A program made the position numbers and the translations under genes. This document shows positions 36,378 through 45,452 of a stretch of DNA of 64,000 nt, piece by piece. This DNA is from a virus. Its lineage: Duplodnaviria; Caudoviricetes. The stretch spans positions 19,233 to 83,232 of the IMG/VR virus record IMGVR_UViG_3300033076_000411, one strand, 5' to 3'. How positions within the stretch are numbered: the stretch's first letter is position 1; each line of letters starts with the position of its first letter. Below the pieces are notes generated by a model, which worked only from the letters and a program-made list of their open reading frames with translations, was not told the DNA's origin and did no database searches.

Positions 36378-37019
36378 ATGTCATCTGCATCATTAAATAA
36401 AATGAGCGTACGGCTCCCAGATAATACAACAGGCCAAGGCCTGTTGATGCCTAAACTCAAGTATCGCTTTAGAGTTACTTTTGTAAACTTTGGCGGGGCA
36501 TCTACACAACCGGCTTCAACAGAATTAACAAAGCAAGTAATGAGTTTCGCAAGACCGAACCCAACGTTCGAAGAAATTTCATTGCCAATTTATAACTCAA
36601 CATTAAAGTTAGCAGGTAAGCACTCATGGCCTGATGTCACTTGCGAACTTCGTGACGACGCAGGCGGCAACGTCAGTCAGTTAGTCGGCTTGCAATTGCA
36701 AAAGCAAATGGACTTCTTGGAACAAGCAAGTGCTGCTTCAGGTCTTGATTATAAGTTTACAACCAAGTGTGAAATTCTTGATGGTGGTAACGGCGCTGCT
36801 GCACCAACAGTTCTTGAAACTTGGGAATTGTATGGCTGCTATCTTAAAAATGCTGACTTCGGCGCTCTTAACTACGGTGAAAGTGCTCCAGTAACCATTA
36901 ACTTGACTATTACATTTGATAACGCTAGTGTTGTTAAATCTGATACTGCTGCTGGTTGGGACTTCGGTAACGCCACACGTAATGCTATAGGAACTGTATC
37001 CGCTACTGGTGCAGCGTAA
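36378..37019 (+). CDS. gp19: Tail tube protein, gp19-like
   Basis: Follows the sheath gene. LMPKLKYRFRVTF, LKLAGKHSWPDVTCELRDD, WELYGCYL...LNYGESAPVTINLTITFDNA. Confidence 0.85.
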   Translation: MSSASLNKMSVRLPDNTTGQGLLMPKLKYRFRVTFVNFGGASTQPASTELTKQVMSFARPNPTFEEISLPIYNSTLKLAGKHSWPDVTCELRDDAGGNVSQLVGLQLQKQMDFLEQASAASGLDYKFTTKCEILDGGNGAAAPTVLETWELYGCYLKNADFGALNYGESAPVTINLTITFDNASVVKSDTAAGWDFGNATRNAIGTVSATGAA

Positions 37020-37025
37020 TAGATA

Positions 37026-38180
37026 ATGTCTAGTTTTGGACAAGACCTTCAAAAAGGTTTCTTTGGCATTGACCAAGGTCTGCGAGACTTTACTCACGCG
37101 AGTAAAGTCTTTCGCACAAATGCATATGAACTTAAACCAAGATTTAAGTTCTTATTCCATGTTTCCTTTACAATAAACGTTCAAGAAATTCCAGCACTCA
37201 AAGGTGCGTTTGGCGACGGTGATGTTAGTAATCTTAGTTTAACAGTTAAGACTATTGACTTACCAAAATACAACATACAAACGGAAACACTAAATCAATA
37301 CAATCGTAAAAGAGTAGTTCAGACAAAACTCAATTATGAGCCCGTGACTATGACTTTTCACGACGATGGCGGGGACATAGTACGTAATATGTGGTATCAA
37401 TACTACAGTTATTACTACAAAGATCCAAGCCAGCGTTATTTAGAACCCAACAACACCAATGGTAGCCTTGGCGCACTTGCTAACCAGCAAACAGGTTTTG
37501 GCTACAACAACAGAGACATTTATAGCGATCAAAGAATCGGCAATGTAAACGACTGGGGTTACATTGGCGAAGCATTCAATGACGGCAACACTGGCCAGTT
37601 CAGCAGCGGCGGCAAGCCACCGTTCTTCCGTGACATTCGCATTTATGGCATGGACCAACACAAATTTGCTGAGTATGTATTGATCAACCCAATTATCAAA
37701 AGTTGGAGTCACGATCAATATGATTATGCTGCGGGCAATGGTATCATGCAAAATACAATGACCATTGATTACGAAACAGTTAAGTATTATTCTGGTGCAA
37801 TCAGTGCTGTACGACCTGATCGCAATGCTAAAGGCTTTGCTGACCCAGCACACTACGACACAACATTGAGCCCATTGGCTCGCGATGGTTCACAAGCAAC
37901 AATCTTTGGACAAGGTGGTGCGTTGGATACTGCTTCGGGTATTTTGGAAGACTTGTCAAGTGGCAGTGTACTTGGTCTCATTGGTGCAGCACAAAAAGCC
38001 GGAACAGCCTACAATACATTTAAAGGCAAAGACCTTAAGAGTATTGCAGTCAGTGACGCAACTGCGCTGGGCAAGAATGCAATTATTACATCGTTGCCTG
38101 GCGCTACACGTTCAGTGGCTAACAAAGTTGATGGATGGATATTCCCTACATCAACTGCACAGAGAAATAACAATCGTTAA
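37026..38180 (+). CDS. Baseplate-tube junction / tube initiator (gp54/gp48-like)
   Basis: Tube-like fold motifs VKTIDLPKYNIQTETLNQYNRKRVVQTKLNYEPVTMTFHDD and MQNTMTIDYE. Confidence 0.65.
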   Translation: MSSFGQDLQKGFFGIDQGLRDFTHASKVFRTNAYELKPRFKFLFHVSFTINVQEIPALKGAFGDGDVSNLSLTVKTIDLPKYNIQTETLNQYNRKRVVQTKLNYEPVTMTFHDDGGDIVRNMWYQYYSYYYKDPSQRYLEPNNTNGSLGALANQQTGFGYNNRDIYSDQRIGNVNDWGYIGEAFNDGNTGQFSSGGKPPFFRDIRIYGMDQHKFAEYVLINPIIKSWSHDQYDYAAGNGIMQNTMTIDYETVKYYSGAISAVRPDRNAKGFADPAHYDTTLSPLARDGSQATIFGQGGALDTASGILEDLSSGSVLGLIGAAQKAGTAYNTFKGKDLKSIAVSDATALGKNAIITSLPGATRSVANKVDGWIFPTSTAQRNNNR

Positions 38181-38182
38181 AC

Positions 38183-38542
38183 ATGTCTACAGTAAATTAT
38201 ACCAACTACAACATTGACCAGACCGTACGAGTATTCGATACGTTCTATAACTATGATGTAAATGTTCCCGCAGCAGAGTACGATGTTGTGCATTCGTATT
38301 TCTTGCAGGAAATGAAAACTAAACAAGCCGCTGGAAACTTTACAGTGAGTTTGTTTAGAGTTGCAGAAGAAACCAACATTCCTGCTTTAACATTGTTGGC
38401 GCAATTCCAGGGACAAGTTGGCATGGGCTTAGACGTACAAATGGCGTACTTCTTAAACCAAATCCGTAGCCGTGCTACATTATTAGGGGTAAGCAATCCA
38501 GTTACTCCTAATTTCTATGCTGCTAGAAACGTGATACAATAA
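38183..38542 (+). CDS. Hypothetical protein
   Basis: 119-aa ORF packed between tail genes and coupled to the next gene. Confidence 0.6.
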   Translation: MSTVNYTNYNIDQTVRVFDTFYNYDVNVPAAEYDVVHSYFLQEMKTKQAAGNFTVSLFRVAEETNIPALTLLAQFQGQVGMGLDVQMAYFLNQIRSRATLLGVSNPVTPNFYAARNVIQ

Positions 38543-38973
38543 TGGCCAAGTGGGCACAAGGCAAATACGACATTATCAACCGCGACAAGTACGTTGGTAA
38601 TGGAACACCCCAATACAGATCTGGGTGGGAATTAAGTTTCATGCGTTTTTGTGACACCAATGATCACATACTGCAATGGGCCAGCGAAAGCATTGCAATT
38701 CCTTATCGTCATCCTCTAACAGGCAAGATGAAGAATTACATCCCGGATTTCTTGATCACTTATCGTACTCGTAATAACACAGTAAAAGCAGAATTGATTG
38801 AAATCAAGCCCAAGGGACAAAGCGTCCTGGAAGAAAAAATGAAAAGCAGGGACCGTGCTGTGATTGCTGTAAACTATGCTAAATGGGATGCTGCTACTAA
38901 ATGGGCTCGCCGCAACGGCTTGGTATTTCGGGTAATTACTGAAGACCAAATGTTCCACAACGGTAAGAAGTAA
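38542..38973 (+). CDS. gp4: Head completion nuclease, T4 gp4-like (TnsA-like PD-(D/E)XK)
   Basis: YRSGWELSFMRFCDTNDHILQWASESIAIPY...YIPDF...LIEIKP. Confidence 0.9.
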   Translation: MAKWAQGKYDIINRDKYVGNGTPQYRSGWELSFMRFCDTNDHILQWASESIAIPYRHPLTGKMKNYIPDFLITYRTRNNTVKAELIEIKPKGQSVLEEKMKSRDRAVIAVNYAKWDAATKWARRNGLVFRVITEDQMFHNGKK

Positions 38974-38988
38974 ACCATAAATATCCGC

Positions 38989-39483
38989 ATGACGCGGAAA
39001 CTAGAAGAACTTTTTGACCTCCCTCCCACTGACGAAGAAGTGGATGCTGCCGTTCCCGAACTCCCACAAAATCGTGAAACGCTGGCAGCAATAGACACAG
39101 CCATAGACAAGATTGACCAAGCCTTGCCAGCAGTCAAGGGCTTAGATGCCTCTGACGAAGAAATGGACGAACTTGCTGGGCTAGCCACAGGCAGTTACAA
39201 AGACCTAATGGATCTTGGCATGCAAGTAGATTCACGATTTGCTGCTGAAATATTCTCCACAGCAGGCACAATGCTTGGGCATGCTATTACAGCAAAAACA
39301 GCAAAATTAAACAAAAAACTAAAAATGATCGACTTGCAGATGAAAAAACTCAAGATGGATCGTGATGGTGCTGGAGCAGAACCCGGGGCAGGAGTAACTG
39401 AAACCGGACATGGAGTAGTTTTAAACCGCAATGACTTGCTTGATCGAATTCTTGGCAAAGACCAAAAGAACGAAAAAGAATAA
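38989..39483 (+). CDS. Putative terminase small subunit (gp16-like)
   Basis: 164 aa, helical and acidic, ending GVVLNRNDLLDRIL; late box at 38978-38983. The assignment is from size and composition only. Confidence 0.4.
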   Translation: MTRKLEELFDLPPTDEEVDAAVPELPQNRETLAAIDTAIDKIDQALPAVKGLDASDEEMDELAGLATGSYKDLMDLGMQVDSRFAAEIFSTAGTMLGHAITAKTAKLNKKLKMIDLQMKKLKMDRDGAGAEPGAGVTETGHGVVLNRNDLLDRILGKDQKNEKE

Positions 39484-39503
39484 ATATAAGACAGGAACCT
39501 GAT

Positions 39504-40112
39504 ATGAAACCATTTGCAAAATACCTAGCCGAAAGCGAACGTACATACAATTATCGCATTAAGATAGTTGGAGATGTAGACGCAGACTTCGCAAAACAGT
39601 TACGTAACAAACTTGATCAATTTGATGTTGTTAAGTTTAGTGACCCCAAGACTACCCCAGTCCGTAAAGAAATCCCAGACTTTCCGGCATTCCCTAATCA
39701 ACCAATGAGCATCATTGATGTTGAGTTTAAGTACCCTGCAGTCGAACCACAAATCAAGCAGTTGGCACAACTATTAGGTATGGATCCAAATCGTATTGTA
39801 ATGAATACAACTCCATACGAGGAAAGTCTAAACATAGAAGCAGGTAAGATTGCTGATCAAAACAAAGATCTGTTGGCAAATACAGATTATCCGGCTCCAG
39901 ACAAAGAACAAAAAGCCCTGAGCAAAGATTATGCAACTGGTCCTTATGAACATGAGGCCTTGCAAAATGCTTATCGCTCAGACTTTACCGTTGCTGGTGG
40001 TAAAACACCTCCTGCAAAGACTACAAATGATTTGCCAATGGGTACCAAGAGCCCCATGACCAACATCAAGCGTCAACCTAAGCCAGCAACTGGCGCACAC
40101 CCAAGAGGATAA
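39504..40112 (+). CDS. Putative internal head protein with CTS-like N-terminus
   Basis: Starts MKPFAKYLAE, similar to the T4 capsid-targeting propeptide MKTYQEFIAE. Late box at 39481-39486. Confidence 0.5.
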   Translation: MKPFAKYLAESERTYNYRIKIVGDVDADFAKQLRNKLDQFDVVKFSDPKTTPVRKEIPDFPAFPNQPMSIIDVEFKYPAVEPQIKQLAQLLGMDPNRIVMNTTPYEESLNIEAGKIADQNKDLLANTDYPAPDKEQKALSKDYATGPYEHEALQNAYRSDFTVAGGKTPPAKTTNDLPMGTKSPMTNIKRQPKPATGAHPRG

Positions 40113-40116
40113 TACA

Positions 40117-42207
40117 ATGACATTTTTTTACAACTTAAACAAAACTCTCGATGCTATTCGTGAGAAGCCTGAACTCAAGCATGGTCAATTGAATGAACGT
40201 GCTAACTCTAAGCCTGTTGAAGAAGGCCTAGGTGATGTAGTCAAGAAAGTTGGCGGTGCAGTTAAGAGTGCTGCTAAGAAAGGTCTTGAGACTCTTGGAC
40301 ATGGGTCAGATGAAGACATGATCCGCGACTTGCAAAAGAAAGCCGGCGTGCCACAAACAGGCAAGAAGCCTGCACAGCCTAAAGAAGGTGTAGACAAAGA
40401 GGCATTTGCTAAGTTAGCACCACCAGAAGATAAGATTACTTTTGCTGACAAGATTGCCGGAGCCAAAAAAGAAGTTGACGAAATGTTGGGCGACGTTGCT
40501 GCTGAAGCAATGAAGAACGCACTCACAGGCGGTCAAAAGAAATTAGACAAGAACAACAACGGCAAGTTAGATGCCAACGACTTTGCTATGCTCCGTAAAG
40601 GTGCTGGCAAAAAAGAAACAGATGAAGGCTCTACTGGCGATTACTCGGCCAAGAAGGCACGTGCTGGTAAAGACATCGGCAAGCCAGGCAAAGCATTTGC
40701 TAAGATTGCCAAAGGTGCCGCAGAACGTTACGGCTCTGAAGAAAGCGGCAAGCGTGTTGCTGGCGCTGTGTTAAACAAACTACGTCACAAAGGCGCTAAC
40801 GAAGGCGAAATGGACGAAGGCTGGGATGACATGCTCAAGGATGTTGAACGTCGTCGTTCAGCAACCAAGAAGGGTGAAATTACTCACGGTCACAAGCATG
40901 ACATTGAGAACACAGGCACAGGTCGTCGTGTAACTCGCCGCACTGATCCTAACACAGGTTATTCAGTTGGCGCTGATGATGACAAGCCAGCAGACGGTGA
41001 AAAGCGCGGACGCGGTCGTCCTAAGAAAGCAGACAAAGCACCAGAGCGTGTAACTGCTAAGGCAACAAAGCACAAAGGTGGTCGCAAGGCTAAAGAAGTT
41101 GATGAAGGTGCAGACGAAGGCATTGATATGGTTAAGTTAGCCAAGGTTATCCAAAGTTGCAAGACTATGGATCAACTAGAAGCCGCTCGTAAAATGGCAC
41201 AAAACTTCTTGCGTAAGCATTCAACTGCCAATGACGGTATGGGCTTCGCAGGCCTTGGTAAAGACTACCGTCGCCGTGATGCTGCTGTTTCTGACATTGC
41301 ACGTAAGAAAGCAGAACTGCAAGGTGGTCAAGAACTTGACGAAAAAGCAGTAAGCAAGAAGCAACAAAAGTTCATGGGCATGGTCCATGCAACACAAAAG
41401 GGCGAAAAAGCCCCTTCAAAAGAAGTTGCTAAAGTTGCCAAGAGTATGAAGAAGAAAGACGCTGAAGACTTTGCTTCTACCAAGCACAAAGGCTTGCCTG
41501 AAAAGAAAAAGCCAGAAGGCAAAAAGAAAGAAAAAACTGAAGAAGCAGGCGGTTCAGGAACACCTACAGCATCAAGCGGTTTCAGTTTTGGACAAGGCAT
41601 TTATGATTCAATGAACCATGAGTTGGAAACAATGATTGCTGAATCAATGAGTGTTAACCTAAGTTCGGACTCTGAAGGTCAAAAGAGCATTACTGTTACT
41701 GCACAAGATGAGGATGCAGTTAAACTAGCAGGATTATTAAAGTCTGCAGGTTTAGGTGGCAGCGACTCTGAAGGCTACGGTGGATCTGGTTATCAATCAG
41801 CATGCGGTTGCGGTACTCCTGACTGCTCATGCGGTGACGAACAAGTTGACGAAAACAGCCCAGATTGGCCTACTAACCAAGAAACAGCACAAGACAATCT
41901 TGGCTATGCCGGCGGTTTGAACAAGCCTAAGTCTACAGGCCAAACAACTGTGCCTGTTATTGCAGGCCAAGAAGAACGCGAAGGCACATACGCAGAAGCA
42001 GAAGAAGATGCTATCAAGCGCATGATGGAAATGGCTGGTATCAAGGAAGGCAAAAAGCCTGACTTCTTGGACGTTGACAAAGACGGCGACAAGAAAGAGC
42101 CTTTCAAGAAGGCTGTTGATGACAAGAAAGAAAAACAAGTAGACGAAGGTATCCTTTCTGCTACTGCTAATCTTTGGTCTGAGTACAAAGGCAAATACGG
42201 AGTTTAA
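40117..42207 (+). CDS. Highly charged modular protein (696 aa); putative protease-processed head core protein with a DUF3008-like segment and EF-hand-like loops
   Basis: Segments separated by (V/L/I/M/T)xE sites. KAVSKKQQKFMGMVHA...FASTKHKGLPEK at about 41341-41505; DKNNNGKLDAND at 40546. Confidence 0.55.
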   Translation: MTFFYNLNKTLDAIREKPELKHGQLNERANSKPVEEGLGDVVKKVGGAVKSAAKKGLETLGHGSDEDMIRDLQKKAGVPQTGKKPAQPKEGVDKEAFAKLAPPEDKITFADKIAGAKKEVDEMLGDVAAEAMKNALTGGQKKLDKNNNGKLDANDFAMLRKGAGKKETDEGSTGDYSAKKARAGKDIGKPGKAFAKIAKGAAERYGSEESGKRVAGAVLNKLRHKGANEGEMDEGWDDMLKDVERRRSATKKGEITHGHKHDIENTGTGRRVTRRTDPNTGYSVGADDDKPADGEKRGRGRPKKADKAPERVTAKATKHKGGRKAKEVDEGADEGIDMVKLAKVIQSCKTMDQLEAARKMAQNFLRKHSTANDGMGFAGLGKDYRRRDAAVSDIARKKAELQGGQELDEKAVSKKQQKFMGMVHATQKGEKAPSKEVAKVAKSMKKKDAEDFASTKHKGLPEKKKPEGKKKEKTEEAGGSGTPTASSGFSFGQGIYDSMNHELETMIAESMSVNLSSDSEGQKSITVTAQDEDAVKLAGLLKSAGLGGSDSEGYGGSGYQSACGCGTPDCSCGDEQVDENSPDWPTNQETAQDNLGYAGGLNKPKSTGQTTVPVIAGQEEREGTYAEAEEDAIKRMMEMAGIKEGKKPDFLDVDKDGDKKEPFKKAVDDKKEKQVDEGILSATANLWSEYKGKYGV

Positions 42208-42208
42208 T

Positions 42209-42379
42209 ATGACTTACAAGCCATACAATGAATCGTTAACAACCCCACCAGTGCAGAACCCACACAGTCCTGCTACTAGTGGGTACAAGCAACAACCAGT
42301 TGATATTCCAGGTGTGTTACATCAAACACGTCAGTTGTTCCAGCCAGTGGTTGCTATTCCACCACAGGATAAGAAATAA
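42209..42379 (+). CDS. 56-aa Pro/Gln-rich small protein (below ORF-track cutoff)
   Basis: MTYKPYNESLTTPPVQNPHSPATSGYKQQPVDIPGVLHQTRQLFQPVVAIPPQDKK*; fills the gap exactly and is coupled TAATG to the next gene. Confidence 0.65.
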   Translation: MTYKPYNESLTTPPVQNPHSPATSGYKQQPVDIPGVLHQTRQLFQPVVAIPPQDKK

Positions 42380-42714
42380 TGGCTGCAATACAAGTTGTAA
42401 ACGCTGTAAGCAATACAGCCTGGACCACAGACAAAGTAGAATTTGCTACTACCAATGCTAACGTGACTTTTCAAGTCAGCGCAGTCCAGTTGACCTACAT
42501 ACAAGCCAATGGCGTCCCAGCAAATGCTACTATGACAACTGATGTTGGCAACATCTATGCTAATGCTATTGTTGTTCCTGGTAACTCTGTTCAACAGTAC
42601 TATGTTGGCGCAGGCAACTACCTTAACATCGTAACTGGTACAGGGTTTAGTGCCACCGCTATTGGTACAGCAACATCTGCTACCGCAGGCGAAAATGGTG
42701 TAGGCAATCAATAA
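42379..42714 (+). CDS. Hypothetical protein, small beta-rich
   Basis: 111-aa ORF coupled on both sides. Confidence 0.6.
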   Translation: MAAIQVVNAVSNTAWTTDKVEFATTNANVTFQVSAVQLTYIQANGVPANATMTTDVGNIYANAIVVPGNSVQQYYVGAGNYLNIVTGTGFSATAIGTATSATAGENGVGNQ

Positions 42715-43085
42715 TGAGAGCACGTGAGTTCTTAGCAGAAAAACAGCAAGGCAAAATACGTCGTGGTTACCATGACGCCACAGTTGGCTTGCATAAGTTT
42801 CGTGACCCGGGCGGATACGATCGCACCTATGAACTCAACCGTGTGATGATGGCCGCAGCATGCGCTGATGGCACCGACGCTCCGGTAGACATGGACCAAG
42901 CCAGTTGGGTTGGCAAATATAACACTGCACAGCCTTACACCAAAGAAGAACACAAAATGCTCAAGCAGGCCTTTAAGGCAGTTGGCAGCGATGTTAAAGA
43001 TCTCAACAACGGAGATCTTGAAAGCAAAGAACATCCGGCAGTTAACTACACAAGCCCAATCAAAGCATTCAAAGGTTACAAATGA
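42714..43085 (+). CDS. Putative internal head protein, paralogue A
   Basis: MRAREFLAE N-terminus; ends TSPIKAFKGYK. Confidence 0.55.
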   Translation: MRAREFLAEKQQGKIRRGYHDATVGLHKFRDPGGYDRTYELNRVMMAAACADGTDAPVDMDQASWVGKYNTAQPYTKEEHKMLKQAFKAVGSDVKDLNNGDLESKEHPAVNYTSPIKAFKGYK

Positions 43086-43465
43086 GAGCCCGCGAATTTA
43101 TAACAGAGCAAAGAGATCTACCGCCTGAAACAAAAGATCCAATGCGTGATACCTATACTATCCCAGGATTAAGCGCAGCAGATCCCTACAAGAGTTATAG
43201 ATTTGGCGTAGCCATTGCTAGAGCACGTTCTGAGTATCGTAAAGATGATGTAAATCCGCACATGCCTGAGTGGTCTGCAGAAACTGCATTTGGCGAACAT
43301 GCTATTGTTGCTGGATTTAACAACAACATTGACAAAATCATTGATGCAGCATTGGCAATGACTGACACCCCCGGCGGCAAACAGTTAGTCAGTACCGCAC
43401 CAAGCGAAGAGCCGACCTTCGTAGATAAAACAAGTCCTATCAAAGGATTCCGAGGATACAAATGA
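43082..43465 (+). CDS. Putative internal head protein, paralogue B
   Basis: MRAREFITE N-terminus; ends TSPIKGFRGYK. Confidence 0.55.
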   Translation: MRAREFITEQRDLPPETKDPMRDTYTIPGLSAADPYKSYRFGVAIARARSEYRKDDVNPHMPEWSAETAFGEHAIVAGFNNNIDKIIDAALAMTDTPGGKQLVSTAPSEEPTFVDKTSPIKGFRGYK

Positions 43466-44277
43466 AAAAAATAATAACAACAATCTTATTTCTCACGGCC
43501 GCTTTTGCAGCCAATGCATGGGACCAACGTGCCCCTCTTCCAGTACAACAATGCCAAGTTCACAGTCCTTATGGCTTTGCTGAAACACAGCGTACAGCCA
43601 GTGCAATTTGCCGCGAAGGCTATCTAGTTGCTTATGATGCTCCTGTTAAGATTCCAGTGTACGTAGCGTATACACTGCAACCTCAAAATGCTTTGGGCTG
43701 CTTTCCCAGAACAAACGCCTTTGTGGCAGACCAGTCTGTGCCGGGAGGTGCGAGACCTGACGATTATGCTGGAACAGGATACGATAAGGGACACGCTGCG
43801 CCTGACGGTGACTTATCATACAATCAAATGGTAGAGTATGAAAGTTTTTTAATGACAAACATGTATCCTCAGCATGGCAGTCTAAACCGTGGAATTTGGA
43901 AATTACTGGAAACTTCAGTACGTGGCTGGGCAGTTCAACAGAACCAAAGTTATACCATATACGTTGGCGCTATGTATGGCGCTGGTGATGAATCATTTAA
44001 AGGTATCATTGTCCCGCATGCTTACTACAAGATTGTAATCAACAACCAAACCGGTGCAGTAGCAGGTTGGAGATTCCCTCATACCAAGCCGTATGTTAAC
44101 CTGGGCAATGACTTAACCAAGTTTCGTTTACCTATAAGTCAGATTCAAACTGAAGCAGGTGTGCGCTTTAAGTTTCCTGGAAATGCTCGTGAATTAAATC
44201 CTGGGCAAGAATGGCCAGTAGACTTTGGTGCGCTAACAAATGCTAAACGTGCTAAGTGCAAGGGTGCAGCAGAATAA
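43462..44277 (+). CDS. DNA/RNA non-specific endonuclease (NucA/EndoG family) with Sec-type signal peptide
   Basis: YDKGHAAP, ESFLMTNMYPQHGSLNRGIWKLLE, VPHAYYKIV; N-terminus MKKIITTILFLTAAFAANA. Confidence 0.88.
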   Translation: MKKIITTILFLTAAFAANAWDQRAPLPVQQCQVHSPYGFAETQRTASAICREGYLVAYDAPVKIPVYVAYTLQPQNALGCFPRTNAFVADQSVPGGARPDDYAGTGYDKGHAAPDGDLSYNQMVEYESFLMTNMYPQHGSLNRGIWKLLETSVRGWAVQQNQSYTIYVGAMYGAGDESFKGIIVPHAYYKIVINNQTGAVAGWRFPHTKPYVNLGNDLTKFRLPISQIQTEAGVRFKFPGNARELNPGQEWPVDFGALTNAKRAKCKGAAE

Positions 44278-44291
44278 TAGCACCTACAAAA

Positions 44292-44316
44292 CGGACATGT
44301 AAATAACGCATGTCCG
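44292..44316 (+). promoter_or_regulatory. Late box in the loop of a hairpin that buries the start codon
   Basis: cggacatg-taaataacg-catgtccg, a perfect 8-bp stem. ATG 44310 is in the 3' arm. Confidence 0.6.
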
Positions 44317-45452
44317 ATTTCTTTTGTGCTGCGCCATGGCGTGGCTTACATATCAATCCCAGAGGCGATGTTAAAACTTGCTGTGCAGGCAATCCTAACA
44401 TGCTGGGCAATTTAAACTCACAAAGCATTGTTGAAATCCTAAACTCCGATCTAATGGGAGAGATTCGTGCTAGTCTAGCACAAGGTAAGCCTCACGAGTA
44501 TTGTTCTAACTGTGTGCGAGCAGAACGCTTTGGCGCAGACTCAGAACGCCAATGGCATAACAACGTCAACGAAAACTTTGATTATACAACAGCAGGTAGC
44601 AAGTACCATTATCCTGTTATTGTTGATGTACGCTGGAATACGACATGTAATCTAAGTTGCAACTACTGTGGCGAATCGTGCAGTTCAAAGTGGGCCGGGA
44701 TCAAAGGAATTCCTTTCAAGTCAGGCGCAAGACCGTACTACGATGATGTATGTGATTTCATTGAACAGCACCACGAACACATACACGAAGTGGCACTAGT
44801 AGGCGGTGAGCCGTTGTTGCTACCAGAGAACAATCGATTGCTAGATGTTATCCCCGAAGATGCGATTGTTACCTTGATAACAAACTTGAACGTTGAATTA
44901 GAATCAAACAAGATATTCCAAAAACTTGCAACACGCAATCGAGTAGGCTGGTCAATGAGTTTTGACAACACAGGCCAGCGCCTTGAATACGTGCGACACG
45001 GAGCAAGTTGGGATACTATACAACATAACTTAAAACTTGTTAAAGGCCTAATGAAGGAACAAGGTCATTGGGGCGGCATTCACGCTGTGTACAACATTTA
45101 CAATGCTACACGTATATGCGAACTACGACAGTTTGCAGAAGACACAGGTACAACAGTGCTATGGCAAAATTTGTTCCAGCCCGAGTACTTAGATCCTTTC
45201 TTGCATGGCCCAGAAGTTGCTGCTGAAGCAATTGCTGAGATTGAAAGATTTTATGCACTGGGAATCGCTACCCCTGCTGAGCAGTCATTCTTTGACAATG
45301 CGTTGAATATGTACAAAGCAGTCAAAGAGGCCAAGCCTGGGATAGAACAAAAATTCCAGGATCATATTTTCCTTAACGAAACTAAGTATCATACAGATAA
45401 ACAAGGGCAGTTTAAAACATTGTGGCCTGAGTTAGAGAGATTAACAAAATGA
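44310..45452 (+). CDS. Radical SAM protein with N-terminal SPASM/twitch-like Cys domain (3 of 4)
   Basis: FCAAPW...GDVKTCC...GNL...CSNC precedes CNLSCNYC and LVGGEPLL. Confidence 0.88.
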   Translation: MSDFFCAAPWRGLHINPRGDVKTCCAGNPNMLGNLNSQSIVEILNSDLMGEIRASLAQGKPHEYCSNCVRAERFGADSERQWHNNVNENFDYTTAGSKYHYPVIVDVRWNTTCNLSCNYCGESCSSKWAGIKGIPFKSGARPYYDDVCDFIEQHHEHIHEVALVGGEPLLLPENNRLLDVIPEDAIVTLITNLNVELESNKIFQKLATRNRVGWSMSFDNTGQRLEYVRHGASWDTIQHNLKLVKGLMKEQGHWGGIHAVYNIYNATRICELRQFAEDTGTTVLWQNLFQPEYLDPFLHGPEVAAEAIAEIERFYALGIATPAEQSFFDNALNMYKAVKEAKPGIEQKFQDHIFLNETKYHTDKQGQFKTLWPELERLTK

